Assembly (NCBI GenBank): GCA_043825735.1
Contig: JBDRRP010000066.1
Location: 1 to 40,458, forward strand
DNA: 40,458 nucleotides
Direction: 5' to 3'
DNA from: Pseudomonadota bacterium
GTDB taxonomy: Bacteria > Desulfobacterota > Desulfobacteria > Desulfobacterales > JBDRRP01
Below the pieces are notes generated by a model that was not told the origin of the DNA, searched no databases, and saw only the letters and a list, made by a program, of their open reading frames with translations. A program made the position numbers and the translations under genes. Below, piece by piece: positions 29,034 through 38,336 of the stretch (position 1 is its first letter; each line of letters opens with the position of its first letter).

Positions 29034-29507
29034 ATGAGCGCTTTTCCTGATAATATGCTGGAATTGATCAATGAAAATCTTGGTGGCTTCAATAATTCAT
29101 TGGGGCTTCGGTTTACAAAAGCGGCCCCGGATGAATACGTGGCTGAAATTGAGATTGCCGACCGTCACCTTCAACCTTATGGCCTGGTGCATGGCGGCGT
29201 TTATGCCAGTATGATCGAGACCCTGTGTTCCACCTGTGCGGCCATGAAGGTCTGGGGAGAGAATAAAACCACGGTCGGCTTGGAAAACAACACCTCGTTT
29301 CTGAAAGCCGTTCGCAGTGGCCGACTGCGCTGCACGGCCAGGCCGCTGGTACTGGGGAAACGGTCACACGTCTGGGAGGCCAGCATTCATGATGATCAAG
29401 GCCGCCTGGTGGCCTCAGGTCGGGTCCGTATGATGGTCCTGGAGCCAGGGGCCGCAGTCGCCGGAATGGAAGTCGGCATGCAGGAACAAAATGATCCCGC
29501 CCGGTAA
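29034..29507 (+). CDS. PaaI-family (hotdog) thioesterase
   Basis: HLQPYGLVHGGVYASMIET and VGLENNTSFLKAV motifs; AGGAG RBS. Confidence 0.92.
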   Translation: MSAFPDNMLELINENLGGFNNSLGLRFTKAAPDEYVAEIEIADRHLQPYGLVHGGVYASMIETLCSTCAAMKVWGENKTTVGLENNTSFLKAVRSGRLRCTARPLVLGKRSHVWEASIHDDQGRLVASGRVRMMVLEPGAAVAGMEVGMQEQNDPAR

Positions 29508-29592
29508 CCCGGTTAGCGAATTTTTAACATTCTGCTCTAATCGTTGAGTGCCTGCAATCGGCGCTGAACTGCGAGTGGATGACAGGTTTTTT

Positions 29593-30087
29593 CTAAATAG
29601 CGCTGGTTGACTTGATCAGTTTTTTGATCTTATCCAAGAGGTCATGTTTTCCCTCATGGGTGAATCCATTTAGGATGATTCCAATGGATTCGTTTTTTTC
29701 ATCTTCGATCATCTTCAGGGCATCCCTGCCTTTGCGGGTAATGGCAAGCAGGGTGACCCGTTCATCCTGGGGATCCCGTGTCCGCAGGATAAACCCATCC
29801 TTTTCGAGCCTCTTGGAAAGACCTGTCATGTTGGCCCCGGGTACCAGCATGATCCTGCTGACAGCACTGGTTTTATTACGGCCGTTTTCAGATGCATCGA
29901 GGACCCGTAGAATATTGTATTGGGGGAAGGAGAGTCCGTGTTTCTTGAAAATGGATGAATGCGCTCTCTTAAAATTTTCTGCAGCCCTGACGATTGCCAT
30001 CATCACCTTTTCATCAAAGGTCAGGTCGCTGACATAGTTTGTCTTGGTCTTCTCGTTCATGGTTTTCAGAAGAGTCTGAATTTTCAT
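29593..30087 (-). CDS. MarR-family transcriptional regulator
   Basis: GLSFPQYNILRVL, ANMTGLSKRLEKDGFI, DPQDERVTLLAITRKG. Start uncertain (30087 or 30060). Confidence 0.92.
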   Translation of the reverse strand: MKIQTLLKTMNEKTKTNYVSDLTFDEKVMMAIVRAAENFKRAHSSIFKKHGLSFPQYNILRVLDASENGRNKTSAVSRIMLVPGANMTGLSKRLEKDGFILRTRDPQDERVTLLAITRKGRDALKMIEDEKNESIGIILNGFTHEGKHDLLDKIKKLIKSTSAI

Positions 30088-30133
30088 AATAATTTGCGTG
30101 ACGATGCGCGACGGTATTACAATGGCGCTCAAT

Positions 30134-30189
30134 GATCAATAGATATAAAGTCAATTTATTGACTAAATGATCCGGCCTTGATATTGATC
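30134..30189. promoter_or_regulatory. Divergent promoter region with candidate MarR operator
   Basis: AGTCAAT-tt-ATTGACT palindrome (30149-30164), giving TTGACT on both strands; outer IR GATCAATA/TATTGATC (30134-30141/30182-30189). Confidence 0.5.
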
Positions 30190-30216
30190 GAGTATCGCCC
30201 ACCCAGCCTTGAGGTA

Positions 30217-32673
30217 ATGCCAGTGAACGATCAAGGAAGCCACATCGTTAAAACAACCACCTGGTCGCCCGGCCCTGGATGCCATGGCGGCTGCGGCGTG
30301 CTGGCCCACATTAAGGACGGGAAACTGGTAAAGATCGAAGGAGACTCCGACCATCCCATGAACCAGGGACGCCTGTGCGCCAGGGCCCTTGCCATGACCC
30401 AGTATATCGATCACCCGGACCGGTTAAGGTATCCGGTCAAACGCACTGGCAAGCGCGGTGAAGGCAAATGGCAGCGTATCACCTGGGCCGAGGCCTTCGA
30501 CCTGATTGAAGAAAGGATGAATAAAATCCGTGAGGAGCACGGGCCGGAAAGCATGGTGTTCAATGTTGGCACAGGCCGGGATATTTATTCCTGGATCTGC
30601 ATGCTGGCCTATGCCTATGGCAGCCCCAACGTTATGTTCGGTCTTTCCGGCCAGGCCTGTTACGGGCCCCGCCTCTCCGCCGTTATCACCGTCCAGGGTG
30701 ATTTTGCTGTTTTTGACGCCGCCCAGTGGTTCTCGGACCGGTATAAGGACCCGAGATACACTCCCCCGGAGTGCATGATTATCTGGGGCTACAACATTCA
30801 TGCCACATGTCCGGATAACCAGTTCGGCCACTGGATCGTCGATCTGATGAAAAAAGGAACCAAGATCATCTGCATTGATCCCAGACTGTCCTGGTTCGCC
30901 TCCCGGTCAAAGCACCACCTGAGATTGAGACCCGGAACCGATTCCGCCCTGGTCATGGGATTTCTCAATGTCATCATCAACCAGGACCTTCATGACAGGC
31001 AGTTCCTTGAGCGGTGGACCAACGGTGCCCATCTGATCCGTGAGGACACCGGCAAGCTGCTCAGGGAAGACGACCTGAACGACACGGGTTTCCGTGGCAA
31101 TTTTGCTGCATGGGATACCGAGAACGCCAGGCCGGTCATCTGGGATACGGCCGATGTCGCCTACCGGGACAGTCAGGCCAGTCCGGCCCTGTCCGGCCGA
31201 TGGGAGGTTGTGCTGGCCAGCGGTGATATGGTCAGGTGCCACACGGCATGGGACGAATTCTGCCGGGAGGTCAATACCTATCCCCTGGACAGGGTTGAAG
31301 CCATCACCGGGGTGCCGGCCAAGGAAATCCGGGCGGCGGCCGAGCTATACGCAAAAAGCAAACCAGCGTCCATACACTGGGGTGTTGCCGTCGACATGAC
31401 ACCCGCACTCACCCCCCTGGTGACCGGGATTACTGCCCTGTGGGCCCTGACCGGAAACCTGGACATCCCTGGTGGAAACGTATTTGCACGGTTTGCCTTT
31501 GACGTGGTCTCCTACGCCCTGCCGGGCACCACTGGGCCCATCCGCCTCAAGACCAAGGAGATGGACAAACCCCGTATCGGTGCTGACCGGTTCATGCCCT
31601 TGAACAAGTTCTACTGGCGCTGCCAGACCGATATGACCCTGGATCAGATCTTTACTGAAAAGCCCTACCCCATCAAAGGGATGTGGATACAGACCGCCGG
31701 CATCATGCAGGGACTGGGCATGGACCCGAAACGATGGAAAAAAGCTTTAGAAAAACTAGATTTCGTGGTGGCCGTCGACCTGTTTCACACGCCCACCACC
31801 CAGTATGCGGATGTGGTGCTTCCGGCAGCAACCTTTCTTGAAAAAGACAGCTTCAGGAGTTGGTGGGTGCCGCTGCAGAGCATCAACAAAGCCATGACAG
31901 TGGACGAATGCCTGCCGGATGTGGAAATCAATTTTGAACTGGCCAAACGGTTTGATCCCGAGTACAAATATGAGACGATTCATGATTTGTTTGATGATAT
32001 TCTCAAACCCTCGGGTATGACCTTCAAGGAGCTCCAGGAAAAGGGATGGGCCTATCCTCCCGAGGGGAGTTCGAGCTGCCCCTACCGGCGTCATGAGAAG
32101 GGGCTGCTTCGGCCCGATAAGAAACCGGGCTTCAGGACCCAGACAGGCCTTTTTGAACTCTATTCCACCCTACGGGAGGAGTGGGACTTGGAGCCTATCC
32201 CCCACCATGAAGAGCCGCCATTCACACCGGTCAGCAGGCCGGACCTGGCCAAAGATTATCCCCTGATCCTCTCCACGGGGAGGCGGTCGCCGGCATTCTT
32301 CCATTCAGAACATCGGAATATCCCTTGGCTCCGGGAGATCGATCCTGATCCGCTGGTGGAGATCCATCCGGAAACCGCCGCCAGCCACGGTATCGGCAAC
32401 GGCGAGTGGATGTGGATAGAAAACTGGATGGGCCGTGCCCGGTACAAGGCAAAACTGACGCCCGTGGTTCCTGAATGGATGATCATGGCGTCCCATGGCT
32501 GGTGGTTTCCGGAAAAGGCGGCGGCCGAACCCAGCCTGTTCGGGGTGTGGGAGTCCAACATCAACCAACTGATCCCCATGAACCACCACGGGAAAGACGG
32601 CCAGGGCGCCCCCATAAAACATTCCATGTGCAGGATCTACAAATGCAGCCCCGAGGAGGTGAACCATGGCTAA
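30217..32673 (+). CDS. Molybdopterin-dependent oxidoreductase catalytic subunit (DMSO reductase superfamily; acetylene hydratase/catechol dehydroxylase-like)
   Basis: WSPGPGCHGGCG..GRLC; HPDRLRYP; WQRITWAEAFD; GQACYGPR; LRPGTDSAL; TTQYADVVLPAA; FHSEHR; EIHPETA. No Tat signal. GAGG RBS precedes the ATG at 30217. Confidence 0.92.
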   Translation: MPVNDQGSHIVKTTTWSPGPGCHGGCGVLAHIKDGKLVKIEGDSDHPMNQGRLCARALAMTQYIDHPDRLRYPVKRTGKRGEGKWQRITWAEAFDLIEERMNKIREEHGPESMVFNVGTGRDIYSWICMLAYAYGSPNVMFGLSGQACYGPRLSAVITVQGDFAVFDAAQWFSDRYKDPRYTPPECMIIWGYNIHATCPDNQFGHWIVDLMKKGTKIICIDPRLSWFASRSKHHLRLRPGTDSALVMGFLNVIINQDLHDRQFLERWTNGAHLIREDTGKLLREDDLNDTGFRGNFAAWDTENARPVIWDTADVAYRDSQASPALSGRWEVVLASGDMVRCHTAWDEFCREVNTYPLDRVEAITGVPAKEIRAAAELYAKSKPASIHWGVAVDMTPALTPLVTGITALWALTGNLDIPGGNVFARFAFDVVSYALPGTTGPIRLKTKEMDKPRIGADRFMPLNKFYWRCQTDMTLDQIFTEKPYPIKGMWIQTAGIMQGLGMDPKRWKKALEKLDFVVAVDLFHTPTTQYADVVLPAATFLEKDSFRSWWVPLQSINKAMTVDECLPDVEINFELAKRFDPEYKYETIHDLFDDILKPSGMTFKELQEKGWAYPPEGSSSCPYRRHEKGLLRPDKKPGFRTQTGLFELYSTLREEWDLEPIPHHEEPPFTPVSRPDLAKDYPLILSTGRRSPAFFHSEHRNIPWLREIDPDPLVEIHPETAASHGIGNGEWMWIENWMGRARYKAKLTPVVPEWMIMASHGWWFPEKAAAEPSLFGVWESNINQLIPMNHHGKDGQGAPIKHSMCRIYKCSPEEVNHG

Positions 32674-33007
32674 AAAGCATGAATTCGGCCTCCTGATCGA
32701 CTATGAATACTGCACCGGATGCCATACCTGCCAGGTCGCCTGTGCCCAGGAGCACGGCTGGCCTGCCGGAATGGGGGGAATTCGTGTCAGCGAGATCGTC
32801 CAGAAGCTGCCCAAGGGAAAGTACTACCTCACCTACCTTCCCTTTCCAACGGAGCTGTGTATCCTGTGCAAACCTCGAACCAAACAGGGCCTTGAACCTG
32901 CCTGCGTGAAGCATTGCATGGCAGGATGTATGAAATACGGCCCCGTGGAAGAACTGGCAAAAGAGATGACAAAAAAAGCGCGCACGGTTCTGTGGGTGCC
33001 GAGATGA
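32666..33007 (+). CDS. 4Fe-4S dicluster small subunit of the molybdoenzyme
   Basis: GLLIDYEYCTGCHTCQVAC and CILC..PACVKHC; overlaps the upstream stop; GGAGG RBS. Confidence 0.9.
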   Translation: MAKKHEFGLLIDYEYCTGCHTCQVACAQEHGWPAGMGGIRVSEIVQKLPKGKYYLTYLPFPTELCILCKPRTKQGLEPACVKHCMAGCMKYGPVEELAKEMTKKARTVLWVPR

Positions 33008-33161
33008 TCAACCGCCAACAGAATTGATTTGAGCCGGTCGTGGAAGAAATCGTCGAAATCAAAGACCGACTCCGGACCTGGCAAGACCGCCGATATGGAA
33101 ATCACACTGGTTCACTGGCCATGGTCTTTCTTTATCCAATCTTTCAACGGGGAGGTTCAGC

Positions 33162-34370
33162 ATGAAAAGGTTTGCCTGGTGTTTCGTCGCAATGGTAATG
33201 GCCCTGGCCCTGATCACCACACCCGCCCAGGCGGAAAAGGCGATCAAGATCGGCATCGTCGACTGTTACAGCGGTCCGCCGGCCACTTACACCAACGATG
33301 TTCGGGATGCTTTCCAGATGGAAGTCGACAGGCTAAATGCCGCCGGCGGCGTACTGGGCCGCAAGGTGGAAGTGTTGACCCGCGACAGCAAATTTAAAGT
33401 CGACCTGGGGCTGTCGGCCGCCAAAGAGCTGATTTACCGTGAAAAGGTCGATATTATCATGGGCACAATCAACAGCGCGCTGGCCCTGGCAATCTCTGAT
33501 ATGTGCAAAAAAGAAAAAGTGCCATTTTTTGTCACCTTCTCTAAAAGCGCTAAAATCACAGGGGCCAAGGGTCATCGTTATGTCTTTTCCATTACTGAAA
33601 ACACCGCCCTGGCCGGCAAGGCCGCCGCGGTCGGCCTTGCCAAAAAACCCTACATGAAATACTGGATCGCCGGTGATGACTATGAATACGGGCATGCCAT
33701 CGCGGACGGCGTGTGGGACAACCTGAAGCAAATGAAGCCCGGGGTTGAACTGCTCGGCCAGTCCTGGTGGAAAGTGGGTGAGCCCGATTTCACGCCCTAT
33801 ATCACGGCCATTATTTCAGCCAAACCGGATGCCGTCATCGTTGCCACCGGCGGGCGCGACTGCGTCCCCTTTCTCAAAGCCGCCAAGGCAACCGGCTTCA
33901 ACGAGCGGGTGCCTTTCTTCATGCACACGGCCACGGAACTTTCCACTTTGAAAGCGCTGGGTCAGGACGGGCCGGAAGGGGTCATCGGAACTTCCAATTA
34001 CTTCTTCTACTATCCGGAAACGGCCGCGAACAAAAAATTTGTCAAAGATTTTGAAGCCGCCTACAACCGGAAACCGGCCGTCGGGGCGGTCTACGGATTT
34101 CTGACCGCCCGATACATATTCGGGGCCTATCAAAAGGCCGGTGTTATCGACACGGAAAAACTCATCGACAACGTTGAAGGCATGTGGGTTGACAGCCCGG
34201 TGGGCAGGGTCACCATGCGTGCTTATGACCACCAGGCCATGCTGCCGATGTTTATGGGTGTAACCAAGAAAGTGGCCGGTTATGACTTCTTGATCGCCAG
34301 TGATATTGTGACCATCCCCGGTGAAGAGGTCATGCCGTCTATCGAAGAAATCAAAGCGGCCCGGGAATAG
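33162..34370 (+). CDS. ABC transporter substrate-binding protein (LivJ/LivK-like, possibly aromatic acids)
   Basis: Signal peptide ending AQA; IKIGIV; NAAGGVLGRKVE; DDYEYGH; DFTPYITAI; SPVGRVTMRAYDHQA. Confidence 0.92.
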   Translation: MKRFAWCFVAMVMALALITTPAQAEKAIKIGIVDCYSGPPATYTNDVRDAFQMEVDRLNAAGGVLGRKVEVLTRDSKFKVDLGLSAAKELIYREKVDIIMGTINSALALAISDMCKKEKVPFFVTFSKSAKITGAKGHRYVFSITENTALAGKAAAVGLAKKPYMKYWIAGDDYEYGHAIADGVWDNLKQMKPGVELLGQSWWKVGEPDFTPYITAIISAKPDAVIVATGGRDCVPFLKAAKATGFNERVPFFMHTATELSTLKALGQDGPEGVIGTSNYFFYYPETAANKKFVKDFEAAYNRKPAVGAVYGFLTARYIFGAYQKAGVIDTEKLIDNVEGMWVDSPVGRVTMRAYDHQAMLPMFMGVTKKVAGYDFLIASDIVTIPGEEVMPSIEEIKAARE

Positions 34371-34403
34371 GCCGGCCCGAAACGGTTCAACGCTAATTTT
34401 GCC

Positions 34404-34432
34404 CCGGGGATGGGGCGGTGCCCCATTCCCGG
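34404..34432 (+). promoter_or_regulatory. Intercistronic stem-loop after the binding-protein gene (mRNA stabiliser or partial terminator)
   Basis: CCGGGGATGGGGC-ggt-GCCCCATTCCCGG, 13-bp stem with one G-U pair, no U-tract. Confidence 0.55.
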
Positions 34433-34459
34433 CAAGCACTGTTGCTTGAAGGTTTTCAT

Positions 34460-35356
34460 ATGGAATTTGCTGCAAATGTTACCCTGGCGGCACTGATACA
34501 GCAGATCCTGGTCGGCCTGAGCAGAACCACGATCCTTTTCATTGTCGCTTCCGGCCTGAGTCTCGTCCTGGGGGTCCTGCGCATCCCGAACGTTGCCCAC
34601 GGGTCCCTGTACATGATCGGTGCCTTTCTGACGTACACCGTCGCAAACCTGTTCGGCCAGAGCGCCCTCGGTTTCTGGCTGGCCCTGATCATTGCCCCGC
34701 TGGGGGTCGCGCTAATCAGCTTTGTGGTCGAACGGGGACTGTTCTGCCATCTTTACGAACGTGAACATATGATGCTTCTTTTGTTCACCTTCGCCTTTTC
34801 CCTCGTTTTCGGCGATATGGTCAAGCTGATCTGGGGTTCGGATTATCGCAGTCTGGTAGCACCGGTCTTCCTGCAGGGCTCTTTTTTGATCGGTGATCTT
34901 CCATTTCCACGTTACAACCTGTTTTTGTTGATCATTGGACCCCTGGTCGCAGCCGGCCTGTGGTTTCTGACCAATCGGACCAAAATCGGAAAGATAGCCC
35001 GGGCGGCCGCCGTCGACCGGGAAATGGTCGGCGCCATCGGCATCAATGTCAGCTGGGTGTTTGCCGCGGTATTCGTTATTGGCTGCTACCTGGCGGGATT
35101 GGGCGGCGCCCTGGTGGCCCCCACCCAGAATATTACCCAGGGTATGGATCATGCGATCATCATCGAGGCCTTCCTGATTGTCATCATCGGCGGCCTCGGC
35201 AATATCTGGGGCGCCCTTCTCGGAGCGCTGATTTTTGGGCTGACGGATTCAATCGGAATCCTGATCTGGCCTCAGTTTGCGATTGTGTTCCCCTATGTGG
35301 CCGTAATTACGGTCTTGCTTTTCTGCCCGAAAGGACTGCTGAAATCGACCTGGTAA
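34460..35356 (+). CDS. Branched-chain amino acid-type ABC permease (LivH-like)
   Basis: ASGLSLVLGVLRIPNVAHGSLYMIGA; RTKIGKIARAA; IVIIGGLGNIWGA; PKGL. Confidence 0.92.
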   Translation: MEFAANVTLAALIQQILVGLSRTTILFIVASGLSLVLGVLRIPNVAHGSLYMIGAFLTYTVANLFGQSALGFWLALIIAPLGVALISFVVERGLFCHLYEREHMMLLLFTFAFSLVFGDMVKLIWGSDYRSLVAPVFLQGSFLIGDLPFPRYNLFLLIIGPLVAAGLWFLTNRTKIGKIARAAAVDREMVGAIGINVSWVFAAVFVIGCYLAGLGGALVAPTQNITQGMDHAIIIEAFLIVIIGGLGNIWGALLGALIFGLTDSIGILIWPQFAIVFPYVAVITVLLFCPKGLLKSTW

Positions 35357-35379
35357 AGAGACCGTTGAAAGAGGTGGCC

Positions 35380-36351
35380 TTGTTTAACGCCCTGTTCAAT
35401 ATAAAAACAACGATAACCGGTCTGGTCCTGCTGGCACTTCTCCTGCTGGTCCCCCAGGTCCTTTCACGGTTTTATGTTTACCTGGGCGCGCTTATCTTCG
35501 CGATCGCCTTGCTGGCGACCAGCCTAAACCTGGTGCTTGGCTACGGCGGCATGTACCAGTTTCACCATGCGGTGTTTTACGGGGTCGGGGCCTATGCTTT
35601 CGCCCTGTTTGCCACGAAATCCGGCCTGCCTGTCTGGTTTGGCTATATCCTCGCGCCCTTTTGTTCCGCCGCCCTGGGGCTGGTGATGGGGCTGATCACG
35701 GTACGCCTGAACCAGCTCTACTTCGGTATGCTGCAAATTTCTCTCGGTTCCCTGGTATGGGCCATCACCTACCGCTGGTATGCTTTTACCGGCGGCGACG
35801 ACGGGATTCACGGCGTGCCCCTGCCGGATCTGATCAGCAGCTCCAGTGGGGCCTACTATTTCAACCTGGTCGTCACCGCGCTTTGTTTACTGCTGATGTA
35901 CCTGATCGTCAATTCACCCTTTGGCCGGACCTTCCAGGGAATCCGCGATAATGCTGTGCGCTGTGAAGCCGTGGGCGTCAATGTGCAGAAGCAACAGCTG
36001 GTCGGACAGATGCTTGCCGCTTTTTTCGCCGGTATTGCCGGCACCCTTTTTGTGACCGTGGAGGGCTCGGTATTTCCGGACCTGATGTTTTGGACCCTCT
36101 CGCTGGAAATCCTGATCATGTGTCTTTTGGGCGGTTGGTTTATTTTTATGGGACCCGCCCTGGGTGCTGTTATTATCATCAGCCTGCGAAGCTTCGTGGG
36201 GATTTACACAGAATACTGGACCTTGATTCTGGGCATCGTCCTGATGCTGCTCATCTTCTTTCTGCCGGAGGGGGTGCTCGGTCTGTTTCTCAAGAAAGCC
36301 GCGCAACCGGAAAAAAATATGGGGGGGCAATGCTCCGCGTCGAATCCCTGA
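35380..36351 (+). CDS. Branched-chain amino acid-type ABC permease (LivM-like)
   Basis: SLNLVLGYGG; HAVFYGVGAY; TGGDDGI; SPFGRTFQGIRDN; FLPEGV. Start at TTG 35380 or GTG 35374. Confidence 0.9.
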   Translation: MFNALFNIKTTITGLVLLALLLLVPQVLSRFYVYLGALIFAIALLATSLNLVLGYGGMYQFHHAVFYGVGAYAFALFATKSGLPVWFGYILAPFCSAALGLVMGLITVRLNQLYFGMLQISLGSLVWAITYRWYAFTGGDDGIHGVPLPDLISSSSGAYYFNLVVTALCLLLMYLIVNSPFGRTFQGIRDNAVRCEAVGVNVQKQQLVGQMLAAFFAGIAGTLFVTVEGSVFPDLMFWTLSLEILIMCLLGGWFIFMGPALGAVIIISLRSFVGIYTEYWTLILGIVLMLLIFFLPEGVLGLFLKKAAQPEKNMGGQCSASNP

Positions 36352-37079
36352 AAAAATCATTCGATGGATTCATGGCTGTCAACGACGCATCGCTCAAGGT
36401 TGAAACAGGCGATGTCGTCGCCGTGATCGGACCGAATGGCGCCGGCAAAACCACTTTGTTTCACCTGATTACCGGCCAACTCGCGCCCACCGCCGGAACC
36501 ATTTTGTTCAAGGGGGAGAACATCGCCGGCCTTGCGCCCTACCGTGTTTGCCGGAAAGGAATCAGCCGGTCCTACCAGGTTGTCAATATTTTCAGCCGCC
36601 TCACCGTATTTGAAAACGTACAGGTTGCGGTTCTTTCTTACCGAAAAAAGACGTTCAATATCTTCCGGCCGGCCAAAACCATGGCTGTTCGTGAAACCCG
36701 GCGGATACTTGAAAGTGTCGGCCTGCTTGACAAGGCGGACATGACCAGCGGGGTCCTCTCCCATGGAGATCAAAAAGTTCTGGAAATCGCCATTGCGCTA
36801 GGCAACCGTCCCCAACTACTCATCCTGGACGAACCTACCGCCGGCATGTCGCCTGAAGAAACTGCTGTCACGTTGCGCCTAATGAGGCAGCTCTCCGGAG
36901 AACTGGGCCTGACGATTCTTTTTTGTGAACACGACATGGGGATGGTCTTTTCCATCGCCAACCAGATCATGGTTATGCAGCAGGGCAAAACGATTATCCA
37001 GGGCCCTCCGGATGAAGTGCGCAGCAACCAGTTGGTACGACAAGCCTATCTTGGAGGTGCCGACGAATGCTCCATGTAG
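36330..37079 (+). CDS. ABC transporter ATP-binding protein (LivG-like)
   Basis: GPNGAGKTT; LSHGDQK; LILDEPTAGM; EHDM; VRQAYLG. Confidence 0.93.
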   Translation: MLRVESLKKSFDGFMAVNDASLKVETGDVVAVIGPNGAGKTTLFHLITGQLAPTAGTILFKGENIAGLAPYRVCRKGISRSYQVVNIFSRLTVFENVQVAVLSYRKKTFNIFRPAKTMAVRETRRILESVGLLDKADMTSGVLSHGDQKVLEIAIALGNRPQLLILDEPTAGMSPEETAVTLRLMRQLSGELGLTILFCEHDMGMVFSIANQIMVMQQGKTIIQGPPDEVRSNQLVRQAYLGGADECSM

Positions 37080-37762
37080 AAGATATCCATACGTACTACG
37101 GCCTGAGCCATATCCTGTTCGGTGTCTCCCTGGATGTGGATCAGGGTGAAATCGTCTGTCTCCTGGGGCGTAACGGCGCGGGTAAAAGCACAACCATGAA
37201 AAGCATCATGGGGTTAACGCCGCCGAAAAAAGGTTTTATCAAATTCAAGAATATCACCTGTACCGGCCAGAAACCCTACCTGATGGCCCGCATGGGAATC
37301 GGTTTTGTACCGGATGATCGCAGAGTGTTTGCTGATCTCACGGTGGGCGAGAACCTTGAGATTTCGGCGCGCAATTTTACGGCTGGCGGCTGGGACAAAG
37401 ACCGAGTGTATGCCTTTTTCCCGGCCCTGGGTGAAATTGATTCACGCCGAGCAGGGTTCCTCAGCGGTGGTGAACAGCAAATGCTGACCATCGCTCGGGC
37501 GCTGATGACCAATCCGGATTTTATTTTACTCGATGAACCCACGGAAGGGCTGGCGCCCCTGATTGTGAATATGCTTGAAGAGCAGATATTCCGGCTAAAG
37601 GAAAGCGGGTTGACGGTCCTGCTGGCCGAGCAGAATCTTGAGGTTGCCCTGCGGCTATCCGACCGCGGCTATGTCATCGACAACGGAACGATCTGCTACC
37701 ATGGTACCCGGGACGACCTGCAACACAACGCGGACGTGCGCGACAAATACCTGTGCGTATGA
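37067..37762 (+). CDS. ABC transporter ATP-binding protein (LivF-like)
   Basis: GRNGAGKST; LSGGEQQM; LLDEPTEGLAP; AEQN. Confidence 0.93.
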   Translation: MLHVEDIHTYYGLSHILFGVSLDVDQGEIVCLLGRNGAGKSTTMKSIMGLTPPKKGFIKFKNITCTGQKPYLMARMGIGFVPDDRRVFADLTVGENLEISARNFTAGGWDKDRVYAFFPALGEIDSRRAGFLSGGEQQMLTIARALMTNPDFILLDEPTEGLAPLIVNMLEEQIFRLKESGLTVLLAEQNLEVALRLSDRGYVIDNGTICYHGTRDDLQHNADVRDKYLCV

Positions 37763-38242
37763 CACCAGAATCGTCTCGATGTCTTCCGAGCTTTCATTGT
37801 GTATTTGGGAGGGCTCACCGTTGCAGGCCACATTCACCATACTTACGGATTCATCTGAAATGCCCGTCGATGTATAGGCCGGCGGTCTCTGAAACAGCAG
37901 TCGGGTCGCAGTGAGGCCGGTTTCTTCCTCGAGTTCCCGTTTCGCAGCGCCAAACACGGTTTCCCCTGGATCGACCAGACCTGCAGGAAAACCATACTGG
38001 TAATCTCCCAGGGGCACCCGGAATTCCTTGATCAACACCAGTTTCCCCGATGGTTCGTGAAAAGGGATGATCACAACGGCATCCGGGTTGTCAAATTCAA
38101 ACGTCACACACCTCGGCGTCCGCTGCCTGGAAACCATGTGCCAGCGCTTTTCGTTACCCCGCATATCCTGATACCGGATTTCAAACATATTAAGACACCG
38201 GTTGTCGGTCATTTGCATGACATCAACGATTTTCAAAGCCAT
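37655..38242 (-). CDS. NUDIX hydrolase (ADP-ribose pyrophosphatase-like); 3' end probably replaced
   Basis: Nudix box GLVDPGETVFGAAKRELEEETGL; GGAGG RBS. The last ~35 codons are antisense to the LivF-like gene. Confidence 0.85.
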   Translation of the reverse strand: MALKIVDVMQMTDNRCLNMFEIRYQDMRGNEKRWHMVSRQRTPRCVTFEFDNPDAVVIIPFHEPSGKLVLIKEFRVPLGDYQYGFPAGLVDPGETVFGAAKRELEEETGLTATRLLFQRPPAYTSTGISDESVSMVNVACNGEPSQIHNESSEDIETILVSYAQVFVAHVRVVLQVVPGTMVADRSVVDDIAAVG

Positions 38243-38336
38243 AGCCTCCGTTTATAGTTGCCGGGGAAAGGTAGTGGGAAGTTAGGGACATCTCAAAACA
38301 AAAAGTTGAATCATCAAATTATCGACTGCGGTTGTG

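Noticed and set aside
34960..36329. Long N-terminal extensions of the LivM-like (from 34960) and LivG-like (from 36090) ORFs
   Set aside because: They overlap upstream genes; family similarity begins at ~35380 and 36330.
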